A DNA stretch of 64,000 nt from Massalongia carnosa. Its lineage: Eukaryota. Below the pieces are notes generated by a model, which did not search any database, was not told where the DNA came from, and saw nothing but the letters and a program-made list of their open reading frames with translations. The stretch lies in the NCBI GenBank assembly GCA_965645245.1, contig OZ287069.1, forward strand, positions 2,108,001 to 2,172,000, read 5' to 3'. Made by a program: the position numbers and the translations under genes. The stretch's first letter is position 1. Every line of letters begins with the position of its first letter. This document shows, one piece after another, positions 1 through 11,060 of this stretch.

Positions 1-627
1 ATCTTCAATACAAGTGTACCTAAGGTATCTTATGTGCCCATCTATGTATCAGGACACTCCATCAAAGTGGGCCATTTCTTGGTCATTCTTTTCGTCAGAT
101 ATTGTCATGATTTGCACGAACACCATTTACACTGGGCTTGACAGCAAAACATCAGCAACTTTCATTTTGAGAGCCCTGAGATGCCCGTCTATCTTCACTC
201 CTGACAAGTTATTTCATCCTCCGCTACCGCAGTATGCCTTTGCTTCTCAAATTAAAGCCCGTACCAACTCCCCGACTTGGCTCAAAATTACAATTTTTCT
301 TGGTTGTTTCGTCTAGTCTTCAGCATCGCGGCTTCATGATAAATTATGAACTCGTGTCATTGTTTTGACGTGCCAATCAAATAATATCCATTTCCAAGCA
401 ACATCCATCACGGTTTGATACTCCTGTTTTCTTCTTGTAAATAATATCACACTTGACTTTCTCATCTTTATGCTTATCTCATCCACCCGACAGTGCTTTC
501 TAACGGTCGGGCGAGTATTATCTAAACCCTACCTCGTTGGCATTTACCGATGGGATTTCGTGTATAAACGCTTCTCAAAACTCCTGGGGTTGTGTGTACT
601 ACCAATGTATACAATCAGTTTGACTCC

Positions 628-656
628 AAAATGCTGTAAAATGCTGTAAAATGCTG
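628..656 (+). repeat. Short tandem repeat (AAAATGCTGT) x ~3
   Basis: Read directly from the sequence. Confidence 0.8.
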
Positions 657-1024
657 CCCACTGTATTGTTGGTTCCCGGTTCAGCTTCTTCGTAACTTAT
701 TTAAGCAGTGTGGTTGGTAGGGAATGGTGGTTGTTCGATCGAGCTGAGGTTGGTTGTAATAGGTCCCAAAATTGATTCTTATGGCTTCTTGAATATGGAT
801 TGGAGTAAGATAGATCCCTCCGAGGTAGCGCAAATCGATTCCCAGGCAATGTGTGGAGCTGGATGTTTTCGGTTGCCCAACTGCTTGCCCAAGCCATAAT
901 AACTCGTAACCTCAGGATCACTCTGTAATAGAGGACGGAGTTTTACAAGCTTTGGAAAAACAGGTAGGTGGCCGGAATTCGTAAGTGTCATCTCGTCGCC
1001 TCCACATCATCCAACCCACTCTCC

Positions 1025-1718
1025 TTATACAAAGCCAATCTCCTCTCCCACAACCTCCCACACTCTATTCTCCTCATCCTCTCCTTCCACCTCTCCCTTT
1101 CGCCCTTCCCCTAATCTCGTAACCTCCTCTCCGCTACTAACCCCCTCCAAAACCTCCCTCACCCGTTCTCCCATCTCCTGCCAACCACGCACCTCCTCCC
1201 TCCCCCGTGCTACCTGCGCCTCCATCATCGCGATAAGTGTCTCCCGTGCCTGGTGCGGCCGATACTCATTCACGACCGCGTGCGCCTCGGTAAAGAGTGC
1301 ACGTAGCTGGTCCCATAACGGAGCATACGCTGCTGGATTAGTGGCCAGGGCGTGCGTGAGGGAGAGGAAAGTGAGAAGGAGCGAGTGCGTGATTTTTAAG
1401 AGGCGCTGGGGAGTCGGTGGACTGGTTTGCGGGGGGGTGGGGGTAACCTGCACCGGTGGCGTCAGCATTTCGAGAGGGGGTAACGGGACGAGAACAGGGC
1501 AGACGGACATCATGCTGGGTGCCGAACGAGCGGTATTTTCCATCTGGGGGTGGTGGGGGTGGAACAAAGTGGCGGAGTTCTGGCGGGGGGTTCCATGGTG
1601 GGGTTGTGGAGGGGGGTTCTCGGTAGGCGGCAATATTCGCGGGCGTAAATGATTTGTAGAAGGGTGGTGGGGCGGGGAAGGCGGCGCTGATTGCGGCCGA
1701 GGGGATGGGAGCTGCCAT
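1025..1718 (-). CDS. MED7: Mediator of RNA polymerase II transcription subunit 7
   Basis: Exons 1718-1509 and 1447-1025. The 61-nt intron GTCCGT..GCTGAC..TGCAG keeps the frame. MED7 motifs are present: AFPAPPPFYKSFT, F-VPPPPP-DGKYRSFG, HSLLLTFLSL, VNEYRPHQARETLIAMMEAQ. Confidence 0.9.
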
Positions 1719-2027
1719 TTATGTTCTTCTGGTTTATTTTAGGGAAAAGGGAAGATGGGTTTGGAAAGGGAGGAGTATCGAGATCGTTTAGCCCTAGTGA
1801 TAGGATGACTTCAGCTAATGCACGTCGAAGGGCGGAAAACCGACTTCATTAAGCTTATTGATTTGTGATTCCTCCATTAAGCTGACTCATGAATTTAGCC
1901 TTGTTAGCGCTTCATCAATTCTCCCTCCGTCAGCATTTCACTTTGTCTTAGCAATACTTTTCCCCTGAAACGGGGTCTGCTGATCTTCGCGAAGAAGGCG
2001 ACGTACAACCAGACTTTATCTTTAGCA

Positions 2028-3216
2028 ATGCCTAGATCTCGCTCTCGTTCGCGAACGGGCGGAAAGAAGTCTGGCCCTGCGCAGGATTGGGGGTTCTTGA
2101 CCTCGATCTCTCACTACTGGCAGGTTCGGAGCTTGCCGCTACCTTTGCTGAAAGACCCTGCTGATATCTATGACAGCGATCGTACGTCGCTGACTATCTC
2201 GGCTTTGCGCTACTTTTCACGGCCTACATCTTGGTATTCTCGAATATACGATCCTTGTAACCACCGAAGACTGATACGCAACGGCTTGAATGATAGATTG
2301 TGATGATTGTCGAGCCGTTTCATCGTATGTTCTCGCTGGATAACATGGCCATCCAATTCCCTCACGCGGAGGTTGAGCGTGTTCCAGTAAGTATGAAGCC
2401 TGCAGCCCTGTACGGCGTTTCGCTGCAGTTATGCAAGACTAACGGCGTTCACAACTAGGTTGGAATATCGCATACGCTGGAGTCTTGCCGTTACTTATCC
2501 TCGTTCTCTGGGCTGCTATTTTTCAGCCTGGGGCACACAAAACCCACGTCACCGTTCTAGGGTTCTTCATAAGCCTTATCCTTGCCTCGTTCCTCACAGA
2601 CGTCGTGAAAAACTCGGTGGGCCGCCCTCGCCCTGACTTGATCGCAAGGTGCAAGCCGAAGGAAGGTACACCCCCGCACGCTTTGGTCACAATCGATGTC
2701 TGCACCGAGAAGGATCACCATACGCTCCACGATGGGTGGAGGAGCTTTCCAAGCGGGCATAGCAGCTTCGCTTTCAGCGGGCTTGGGTACCTGGCACTGG
2801 TCCTCGCTGGGCAGATGCACGTCTTCAGACCCCACACTGATCTAGCGAGAGTGCTGCTCTCTCTGGCCCCTTTGTTGGGCGCGGCATTGATCGCGATATC
2901 TCGATGCGAAGATTACCGCCACGATGTCTACGATGTCACGACCGGATCTATACTTGGCATGTTTGTGGCGTACTTCTCCTACCGAAGGTACTATCCTGAG
3001 CTAAAATCATGTTTTTGCGATCAGCCTTTTCCGAGTCGCGCAGAATCACCTTCTTCCCGGGTATCTAGAAAGCGCTGGGACGAAGAAGCACGGATTCAAG
3101 GCAGCGGTCCATTTGGGAGTGACGGGTTGGACGATGATCCAGAGTATGTTCCTCTGGGGAAAACGAGGGGAGAAAGTAGTAGACTTGTTAGTAATAGTAG
3201 CGATTCGCACATTTGA
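2028..3216 (+). CDS. DPP1: PAP2-family lipid phosphate phosphatase (DGPP phosphatase, Dpp1-like)
   Basis: Four-exon model with last exon 2459-3216. It has the PAP2 catalytic motifs C1 KNSVGRPRP, C2 SFPSGH and C3 SRCEDYRHDVYD. An upstream exon reads EPFHRMFSLDNMAIQFPHAEVERVPV. The family is secure; DPP1 versus LPP1 orthology is less so. Confidence 0.85.
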
Positions 3217-4543
3217 TGGAACCTTCCAAACTAGTTCGTTACTTCTTATGTACGCATAGCATAATGTTCCCTCTTGCTTTCTCCTTATCTTTCCCCCTTC
3301 TTTTTTAAAAGAAATATTAACATCTTTAAAAGGCAGTCGTGCTTTGAGCTTTTGTCATATCTTCATGATATTTCCATGTTATCTTCAGGATGTGCTTATG
3401 AATTGCAACGGGGAAATGAAGTATCCTTATAACATTGTCTATCCCAGATCTCGCCATGCGTTCAAAAGCGTCCAGCATCGAAAGGTCTAATGGACAAATT
3501 CTCCTCATTTCCCCTCAACTTGAATACTCGTGAAAACGTTTTGCCAATTCCCGATTAATACTAGTCGGATTCCCGCTATGGTGCTTGGATCCAAGCATTC
3601 ATCCATAGATTCCCATTTGCGTCGACAACCTTCCATCTGGGAAACAGTCCTCGCCTTGCTCACAGCCATGCCAAAAAACAAACCAAAGGGGGGCGAACAT
3701 TCCTCCCACCTACGACACCAAAGACGACAACGACGACGACGACGACCAGAACAGTCCGCCAATAGCAATGATGTCCAGCTCCTTTCGGTTTTCTAGCAGT
3801 CCCTAGCTTGGCTATTTTCTCTCGCTGTGTTAGATTGCACTACATATTATCATCATCCCTGTTCCCATCTCTCGCTTTTACCGCGGATTGCGGTCATCTT
3901 TGATTTGTATGGCCGCTTCGTCCTATCAGTGGGCGCCTGGACAGGTATGTATCTTAGTCCTGAAGAAATTAGCCGTGTTTTCACTCATGTGTGGTTTTTT
4001 TGTGGGGGGGGGGGCCTATCCTGAACTATTTTTTTTTGGCTTGTGGCCCTATCCTCCTGAACGAAATGGGCAGGGGGCGATACAGGCTTTGGGGCAAGGT
4101 TGGAATAACTCGACGGTACTGCTGCAGACGGGATCCGGAAGCTTCGGGGCATTTCGCGGGAGATTCGTTTGCGTGCTGGGTTGGGGGGGAGGGGGGGGGG
4201 GCCGTGGTCATGGCCGCGAACATAAGTGTTTTTTGGGAGGAGGGGGGGGTTAGATGACGCTGGGGATTGCGGTGCTCGGCGCGGGCGTTAGCTTGGTGAA
4301 TTATGGGGAAAGCATATTTTTGCATAGGGATCTGGTCGTGAAAGTACGAGTGGTCATCTGTTCAGCGGCCAAATATCTTTCTTAGAGATAATCCTCCCAG
4401 ATGGAAGGGAGAAGCCAAGACAGGCGATTAGAGGGTGAATTATATACATCATGCATTGATCGTTATATCCATTCGTTTCTTCGTTCGTCCTCCTAGATTC
4501 CCACTATACACAAACATCAGTCGCCCTTCATTTTTCCCCACAC

Positions 4544-6082
4544 TCAAACGACCTCCTCCCTCCCTCCATTTCCCTCTCCCAACCCTTTCTTAATCCGCTC
4601 CCACACCTCAGCACACTCTCTCGCCTCCCCCACGACGACCCCTTCCTCCCCCACCCCCGCCACCTTCGATCCCTTCCCGTTCCCTCTCGTCCAAAACCCC
4701 CACATGACCTTTAGCAACCCCCCGATCCCAAGCACCGCCGGCACCAATTGCCCCACGGTCCCCACGTCGCCCATGTGCCTCACCTGGTTCCATCGCACGC
4801 TCAGCTCGACCGCGAGTACGAGGCCCACCACTACGAAGAGGGTGCTCGCGGCCGAAAACACGAGGTAGGGCTTCGGTGTCGTGGCGAGCGGGAGCGTGGC
4901 GGTGCGGAGGGCGATGGCAGTGGTGAGGGCTAGGGGGGGCAGAGTGGGGTGGTGGGGGGAGAGAAGTGCACGGTGGAGGAGGAAGGGGTAGGTGGAAATG
5001 TTGTGGGTGCGGAGGGAGTATATGTGAAGGGCCAAGGGGATTAGAAGGGGGAGGCGAAGGGGGCCCTGGGGGAGGATGATTGGGGGGAGGGAGGGTAAGG
5101 AGAGGGAGATGGGCGTGTAGGGGATGCGGTAGGTTGTGGTTTGGCGGGGTTGACTGTGGTTTAGTATCAAGTTTAGGTAGGCTTCGGCTGCAAGGAGGGA
5201 GGAGAGGGAGGGGAGTTGGGAGGTTGTGGGGTGGTTTGCTGGGTTTTCTATTGGAGACGAGGGTCGTTGGGAACTGGAGGGTTGAGGGTTCATGGCCAAG
5301 AGTGGCGGCACGTCTCCTTTCGCCTCCGTATGGTTCGCTGAGCTCGGGTTCGCTGAGCTCGGGTTCGTTGAGGCGGGTTGCTGATTAAATTCCAGAGAAT
5401 CAGTTTCCTTCCCATCACCACCACGCTCCTGGCTGCTCCCGGTAACCGTCTTCTGGCAGCGCTCGTCGTGCTGCAGCAATTCGTCTCGCAGTCGCCGGTA
5501 GTATTCCGGGGTTAATGCTTTTTTGTCCAACCAATGCTGCACCACCTGGGCAACATGCCCAACCGTCAGAATCGCGTGGAAGCCAATTGCGACAATTGAC
5601 AGCACTTTGAAGGCCGATCGGTACCAGCCGAACAAGTTCACCTTGGCTACAAAAAACATCCACGTGCCGCATGGCGTCGGCTTCATGTGATCGAGCCCCA
5701 CCCACCAGAACCATACGCTGTAGCTCAGCAGGGCGACCAGCGTGCCGTTGCGCACGATCAGTCGCACCGGGCTGAACCGCCAGTACTTCCGACTATAGCG
5801 CGACTTCTCCAACACCCCGACGTACCACGTCGCACATACGAGCTGGAGCAGGACGAAGGCCTCGATGGCGTACAGCTCCGCCGGTCGCCGCGATTGCCAT
5901 GCGAGGCCGATGAACAACGCTAACATGAAAAGCGTGTTCACCTCGCGCAGTGATTTGGACTCGTGCAGCACGAAGTAGTTGGCGATCCAGACGGACAGTA
6001 TTTGGGTGTAGTAACCGATCCGGATGCCTACGCCGTAGATGTCAGGGTTGCCGTCGAAGCCGCATCGCTGAGTGGAATTCAT
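4544..6082 (-). CDS. Uncharacterised fungal integral membrane protein, ~7 TM (paralogue A, 512 aa)
   Basis: Uninterrupted ORF with N-terminal CGFDGNPDIYGVGIRIGYYTQ. Five hydrophobic segments are followed by a long polar loop and two further hydrophobic segments (AVELSVRWN..TVGQLVP). Clear similarity to the ORF at 7741-9555. Confidence 0.85.
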   Translation of the reverse strand: MNSTQRCGFDGNPDIYGVGIRIGYYTQILSVWIANYFVLHESKSLREVNTLFMLALFIGLAWQSRRPAELYAIEAFVLLQLVCATWYVGVLEKSRYSRKYWRFSPVRLIVRNGTLVALLSYSVWFWWVGLDHMKPTPCGTWMFFVAKVNLFGWYRSAFKVLSIVAIGFHAILTVGHVAQVVQHWLDKKALTPEYYRRLRDELLQHDERCQKTVTGSSQERGGDGKETDSLEFNQQPASTNPSSANPSSANHTEAKGDVPPLLAMNPQPSSSQRPSSPIENPANHPTTSQLPSLSSLLAAEAYLNLILNHSQPRQTTTYRIPYTPISLSLPSLPPIILPQGPLRLPLLIPLALHIYSLRTHNISTYPFLLHRALLSPHHPTLPPLALTTAIALRTATLPLATTPKPYLVFSAASTLFVVVGLVLAVELSVRWNQVRHMGDVGTVGQLVPAVLGIGGLLKVMWGFWTRGNGKGSKVAGVGEEGVVVGEARECAEVWERIKKGLGEGNGGREEVV

Positions 6083-7740
6083 CGCCCGCGAGATATAGAT
6101 GGCTTTGGGTTTTTGGGTCCATAGCTTCCATCAAGTACCAGTGAGGACTATATAGGGATCTTAAAGTGCTCCAGACGCCCTGAATGGCATGACTGGCGTT
6201 TCAGGCCTCAGCTTCCTGCTTGGCGCTTGCCATTTTGAACATCATGCAAGCCAATCCCATTGAAATACGCCAACAAGTGACCAAGCATACGGCGGATTGC
6301 AAGTATCAAACCCTTGCAACGAAAAACTCAAGCCGCGATTTCTCACTGAATAAGAACGTATATTTTATAACTTCACATTTTCTTCATTAAAAATGCAAGG
6401 CTTGAAATATCCTACACATATGTAGCAGCCAATCGCAAAACGGTTTTCCTTGAAGGTTATCTCACATAACCCTCCCAGGTAATCAATTAACAATCCTAAC
6501 ATTTTCGCCAAGCCAAGATCTAACCCTTTATCGCTCCCAATTGGCCCTTCACTCGTCTCTATATCTGAATCCTTTTCTTCGTTCCATTGTCTTCGTAGAC
6601 CACAACGTTCTTTCCCGACGACTTTCCGGAATAAGCAGAGAACCTCAATGAAGCCGCCTGCTCCAATCACATATGGTACTAGCAGCCCCACTGTGCTGAT
6701 ACCTATTCGTTCTCCTGAGAATGGTGTTCCAACTCCCAGTGGATGCTTAACTCGACGGTGAGAATAAGGCTGAGGCTGAATGCAAGACTTGTCACGGTTG
6801 CTTCTAGTGTTTTAAGCGTGTGTTAGCTACGCTTGGGTAGCCGGCCAATCCAAAGCCTTATGATGGTTTTTTTTTTGAGGTCGCGCAGATATCCCAGTAT
6901 TGTCTAACCGATTGCAAAGAAAATTATCGTGGTGCAAATTAAGATGGGCTTGTTAGCTAAGCGCCTGGCAGATACGCGCCCCTAGGCTTCACTTGATGAA
7001 CCTGCAGCACTATGGAACTGGTAGATCCTGCCATGCATCTATTGAGGATAAAATGGACTTGGCAGCGGATGTGTTCCTAGAGAACGCATTCATATTCCAT
7101 ACCTACCTTGTACTTTTCAACGCGCCGCACGCCACGAGCCGAGCTACTGACTAGGTACCGGACGGTCAGAACTGGACCAATCCAATCATTCTTCCATTGC
7201 TTGAATATACCTACCTACCTTACCCATCTACTCTGTATCTTTCAAAGGGTGGAAACGGGGTATCACTCAACATACTATCAACAACAAGGAAATCCACGGA
7301 GTACAACAAGTCAAATCATTCCCTGGGCACTTAGTCCGTGGATCGAGGACAGGTACACACTGAAAATGGTGAAACGTGGATCATGCATCAGTATGATGTA
7401 GGTACGGCGTATATCAGAAATGGAGCTTGATGCCTGCAGCGGCTAAGTCCGGTCCTACCACTCTTCTACGCCAGATGCATCAATATGGCAAACAAACCGG
7501 GCGGAGTGGTTTCATTTGCGCGGGATCGTGCCTTGACACTGACTTTTACCAATTGCCAATTCTACAACTTTTTTGTCTTTGTTCAGCGGCCTGACTTCAA
7601 AGCTAGAGTGTAGAGCGTTTCTCGAACCAACTCAGTTTCCGCATATTTACCATTTTAATATATTTAGCCTTACATAATATTTATCCTCGAGTCTCCTCCA
7701 GCTCTCGAGCTTGACGGTAGAGCATCAAAACCTTTACCAC

Positions 7741-9555
7741 ATGCCTTGCGGATTTGATGGTAATTCCGATATATACGGCATTGGTATACGCATTGGCTAT
7801 TATACACAGGCTCTGGCAGTCTGGTTTTCAAACTTTTTCCTGTTACGAGAGGCTAGATCGTTGCGAGCGGTCAACAACCTGTTCTTATTTGCTTTGGTCA
7901 TAGCTGGCTTCATATACGCCCATGATGCCCGAAACATTTTCGCGGTGGAGGCCTTTCTTCTCCTGCAAATTGGACTTTGCCTGGTGTTCGTAAGCATCAT
8001 GGAAGCTACGAGATATAGCACCAGATATCTGAAGGTATCCCCCGAGAGGTTAGCGATCCGGACGCTGGTACTCAACGCAGCACTACTGTTTAATATCGTG
8101 TTTTGGTGGCATGGTTTAGATATTATGCGACAAACCCCCTGCACTGGCGACGAGAACCAAACAGCAGGGACTGATAAACTACCTCATGGCACTTATGCAT
8201 TCTATGTGGTTCCGGCCAATCTCTACGGATGGATGAGAACGGTCATGAAGGTTCTGTCTCTTGCACTTCTCACATGGAGAACTATACGAACGACAATGCA
8301 GGATATATGGAGGACCACGCATAAGCTACGTATGAGGAGAGCCAGAGCTGCCTTCATCCAAACCGCTTCAATGACCAATTCGCCAAAGGGCACACTCACA
8401 CCGAAACAAAACCCTGGAGCAGGGCTCCACCCTAGCACAGGCCCAACAAGTGCTCCTGAAACCTTGCCAACCCGAGTTCAAACCCCTCATTCATCTCATC
8501 CTGACGTAGAGATGGAACTCTGGTCTGGACTTACAAATATAGCAGATTTACCTTCTAGATCCCTTCAAGACGCTCAGGATTCACAAAATCAATGTGGCAA
8601 TAATTACGAACCGATGGGCATTGCCAATGAAACTTCGTACCCAGAGGCAAAAACCAACACTCGATCATCAATCTCGTCAGCACAAAGCTCCAAAGATGGA
8701 AAGTTAACATCTCAAAATCTAGCCATGAAGCCTTCTAGAGAAGCTCCGGAAGGACCTTTGTGTGATCCAGAATCTTGTTCCCCCCCACAGGCAACGTGGC
8801 CACCCAACCCCCCCTCCCAAAGCGAGCCACCAATAGACGAAATTACCTTCGAAAAAGTCCTTGAAGCAGACACCTACCTCTCCACTTTGCTCTCCACCAT
8901 CATCCCCCAATCCTCCGCGTCACCGCCTCCTACCACACTCCGCTCCATCACCTCCCTCTTCTCCTCCCGCCCCCGCTCCCGCCCCACAGAACGCCCTCCT
9001 CCCTACCTCTCCTCGCTACGCACCCTCTTTGTCGCAACGTTTACCAACCACCCCCGTTTCCCCCTTCGCCTAACCCTCTCCCTCCACCTTACCGCCTTCC
9101 AACAAACCTCCCCGCTCCCCTACCCCCACCTGATCGCCCACCTCGCCTCCAGCCGGCCCCCACCCCCTTCCTGGCCGCTCCTCGCCCTCGCCTCCGACGC
9201 CCAGCTCTCCACTATCCCACTCGTCATCTCCCCCCGCGTGTGGACGCTCATGGCCGCGGAGACGCTACTCGTGCTGACCATGCTCGTCTTGCAGGTGGAG
9301 CTGACGATCGCGTGGAACCACGTCAGAGGCCTGCAGCGCTTGGACACGGTGGGCCAGCTGATCCCGTGCATTCTCGGCGTGGGCGGCTTGTTACAGGTGC
9401 TGTGGGGGAAGGGAAAGGGAGTCGTGCGAGGGGTGGATGAGAGGGTCGAGGCGGGCGTGGGGGCAGAGCAGAGGGAAGAGTACGAGGTTGCATTGGGGAG
9501 GTATATTGATTGGAGGGAAGAGAGGAGGCGGAGAAGCAGCGGCGGCGAGGAGTGA
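7741..9555 (+). CDS. Uncharacterised fungal integral membrane protein, ~7 TM (paralogue B, 604 aa)
   Basis: Uninterrupted ORF from ATG 7741: MPCGFDGNSDIYGIGIRIGYYTQ, AVEAFLLLQ, FWWHGLD..TPC, NLYGW, QVELTIAWN..TVGQLIP..LGVGGLL. These motifs are collinear with paralogue A. Confidence 0.85.
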   Translation: MPCGFDGNSDIYGIGIRIGYYTQALAVWFSNFFLLREARSLRAVNNLFLFALVIAGFIYAHDARNIFAVEAFLLLQIGLCLVFVSIMEATRYSTRYLKVSPERLAIRTLVLNAALLFNIVFWWHGLDIMRQTPCTGDENQTAGTDKLPHGTYAFYVVPANLYGWMRTVMKVLSLALLTWRTIRTTMQDIWRTTHKLRMRRARAAFIQTASMTNSPKGTLTPKQNPGAGLHPSTGPTSAPETLPTRVQTPHSSHPDVEMELWSGLTNIADLPSRSLQDAQDSQNQCGNNYEPMGIANETSYPEAKTNTRSSISSAQSSKDGKLTSQNLAMKPSREAPEGPLCDPESCSPPQATWPPNPPSQSEPPIDEITFEKVLEADTYLSTLLSTIIPQSSASPPPTTLRSITSLFSSRPRSRPTERPPPYLSSLRTLFVATFTNHPRFPLRLTLSLHLTAFQQTSPLPYPHLIAHLASSRPPPPSWPLLALASDAQLSTIPLVISPRVWTLMAAETLLVLTMLVLQVELTIAWNHVRGLQRLDTVGQLIPCILGVGGLLQVLWGKGKGVVRGVDERVEAGVGAEQREEYEVALGRYIDWREERRRRSSGGEE

Positions 9556-11060
9556 ACAGCGGCTCTGTGGACGGGCCATGAAGTAGGTTACAGAGTGTCG
9601 AATACATCATACATGAACGCTCAGCCATAAAGAACCGAGTAACAGTCCTCGTTTCTGAGATAATAAAAAGCGACGAAACTTTCGAGTTCTCAAGCGTAAC
9701 AACATCACCCCAAATTGAAACCATGGTAGCCATGGGTAAAAAGCCGAACGCACTTCTAAAGATATAGATATCGATGTCGACCTTCCACTTCCGCTTCCCC
9801 ATTCTCGTTTATCCAAAATTACCTTTCAATACCTACTACAACAACCGCTCCCACCCCCTTCTTACAGTTATATTTTGAACATGAAACCCTATCCGCCATC
9901 CATTTCCATTCCCATTCCCCTCAAACTAGCTACTGCCTCCCGCCTCGTCTTAAGAACCTTCCAGAACAATACCAACAACGCATATATATATATTGGTAAG
10001 ATGCCATTTTCCCTTCCCCTTACCTTTCGTAAGCTTGCCGAATAATAAACAAGTTGCACCAGAAGAAAGGAATGGAGAAAATCCAGAAAAAGCAAGAGGG
10101 AATGTACGTAGACTGTAGTCATACCTATAATAAATAGCAAGCCTAATCTCCCAGATCCATCAACAAAACCACAAAAACACCCAATCAACCACCCACTTCC
10201 TCCTCGAACTCTCCCTCCCTCCCTCTCAAAAGGAACATAAAAACCTGCCCTGTAGGGATGTATGTATTATGAACGAAACGAAACAAAACATTTAACCGTT
10301 TGTTCGTAGTACGCCAGCGGGACTCTTTGCGCCAGCCAAGCTAGACACTTACGCATGTATGTATGGGGTGGGGTGGAGTAACCCCTAACCTAACCTACCT
10401 GCATACCTTCCCTAGTATGCCAATCAAGTTGATCCGCAGGTCAAAACGATTCGATTTAGAGAACGAAAGAATATCTATATAAGTTTCCCAAAGCGGCACA
10501 AACCCTATTCGCTAGAGCCGATCGGTACCTCATCCTAAAGGCCCATGGAACCACGTAATTTAGAAGAGAGCTGGCCATTTATTCCAAGAAAATAAGGAGT
10601 GGAGTAGCGAAGAAAGGTTACGTAGGTATGCAGGCAGGCAAGCTTTGAAAATGAAAATCAAAGCATTGGGATACAGCGGATATCAATGAGTATACTTTCT
10701 CCATTGCCTTCTAATATATGTACAGGACCTATGTTATGTACTCCATCTCTCCTTCTCTGGAGCGCCGGTGTGCCTAAGAAATGGAAACGCAGATGCCAGG
10801 ACCAGTGTGCTGGTTCAAGGCCATGTACTTGCACAACGCTCTCGTTGGGCAGGTATCTTGTGTAGTTCATGTACGGACTACTATGTCGCACTCAACACCC
10901 TCAGAAGCCTTAGAAGAGAGTTTGAGAAAAGAATAACGCCGGAAACATAAATAGGGGGGTATACGCAGAATAAGCGCTTAAAAGCCTTTCAAAAAGTAGT
11001 CAAGTTTGTACAGAAAAAAAGCTGTCAGGAGCAACCAGTAACACAACGAATGCAGAATGA

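Noticed and set aside
1..430. Frame +1 looked like a RIP-mutated ORF (TGA/TAA stops at 139, 202, 253, 337, 340, 382)
   Set aside because: Six stops in ~140 codons is about the random expectation and no motif is recognisable.
3326..4325. Short ORFs between the PAP2 gene and membrane paralogue A
   Set aside because: They arise from low-complexity G-runs and (CGA)n repeats in a convergent terminator region.
4329..4340. GATCTGGTCGTG, a near match to the reverse complement of the CACTA terminus at 60370
   Set aside because: It has a mismatch within the terminal TAGTG, lies on the wrong side to enclose an element and has no subterminal repeats. Likely chance.
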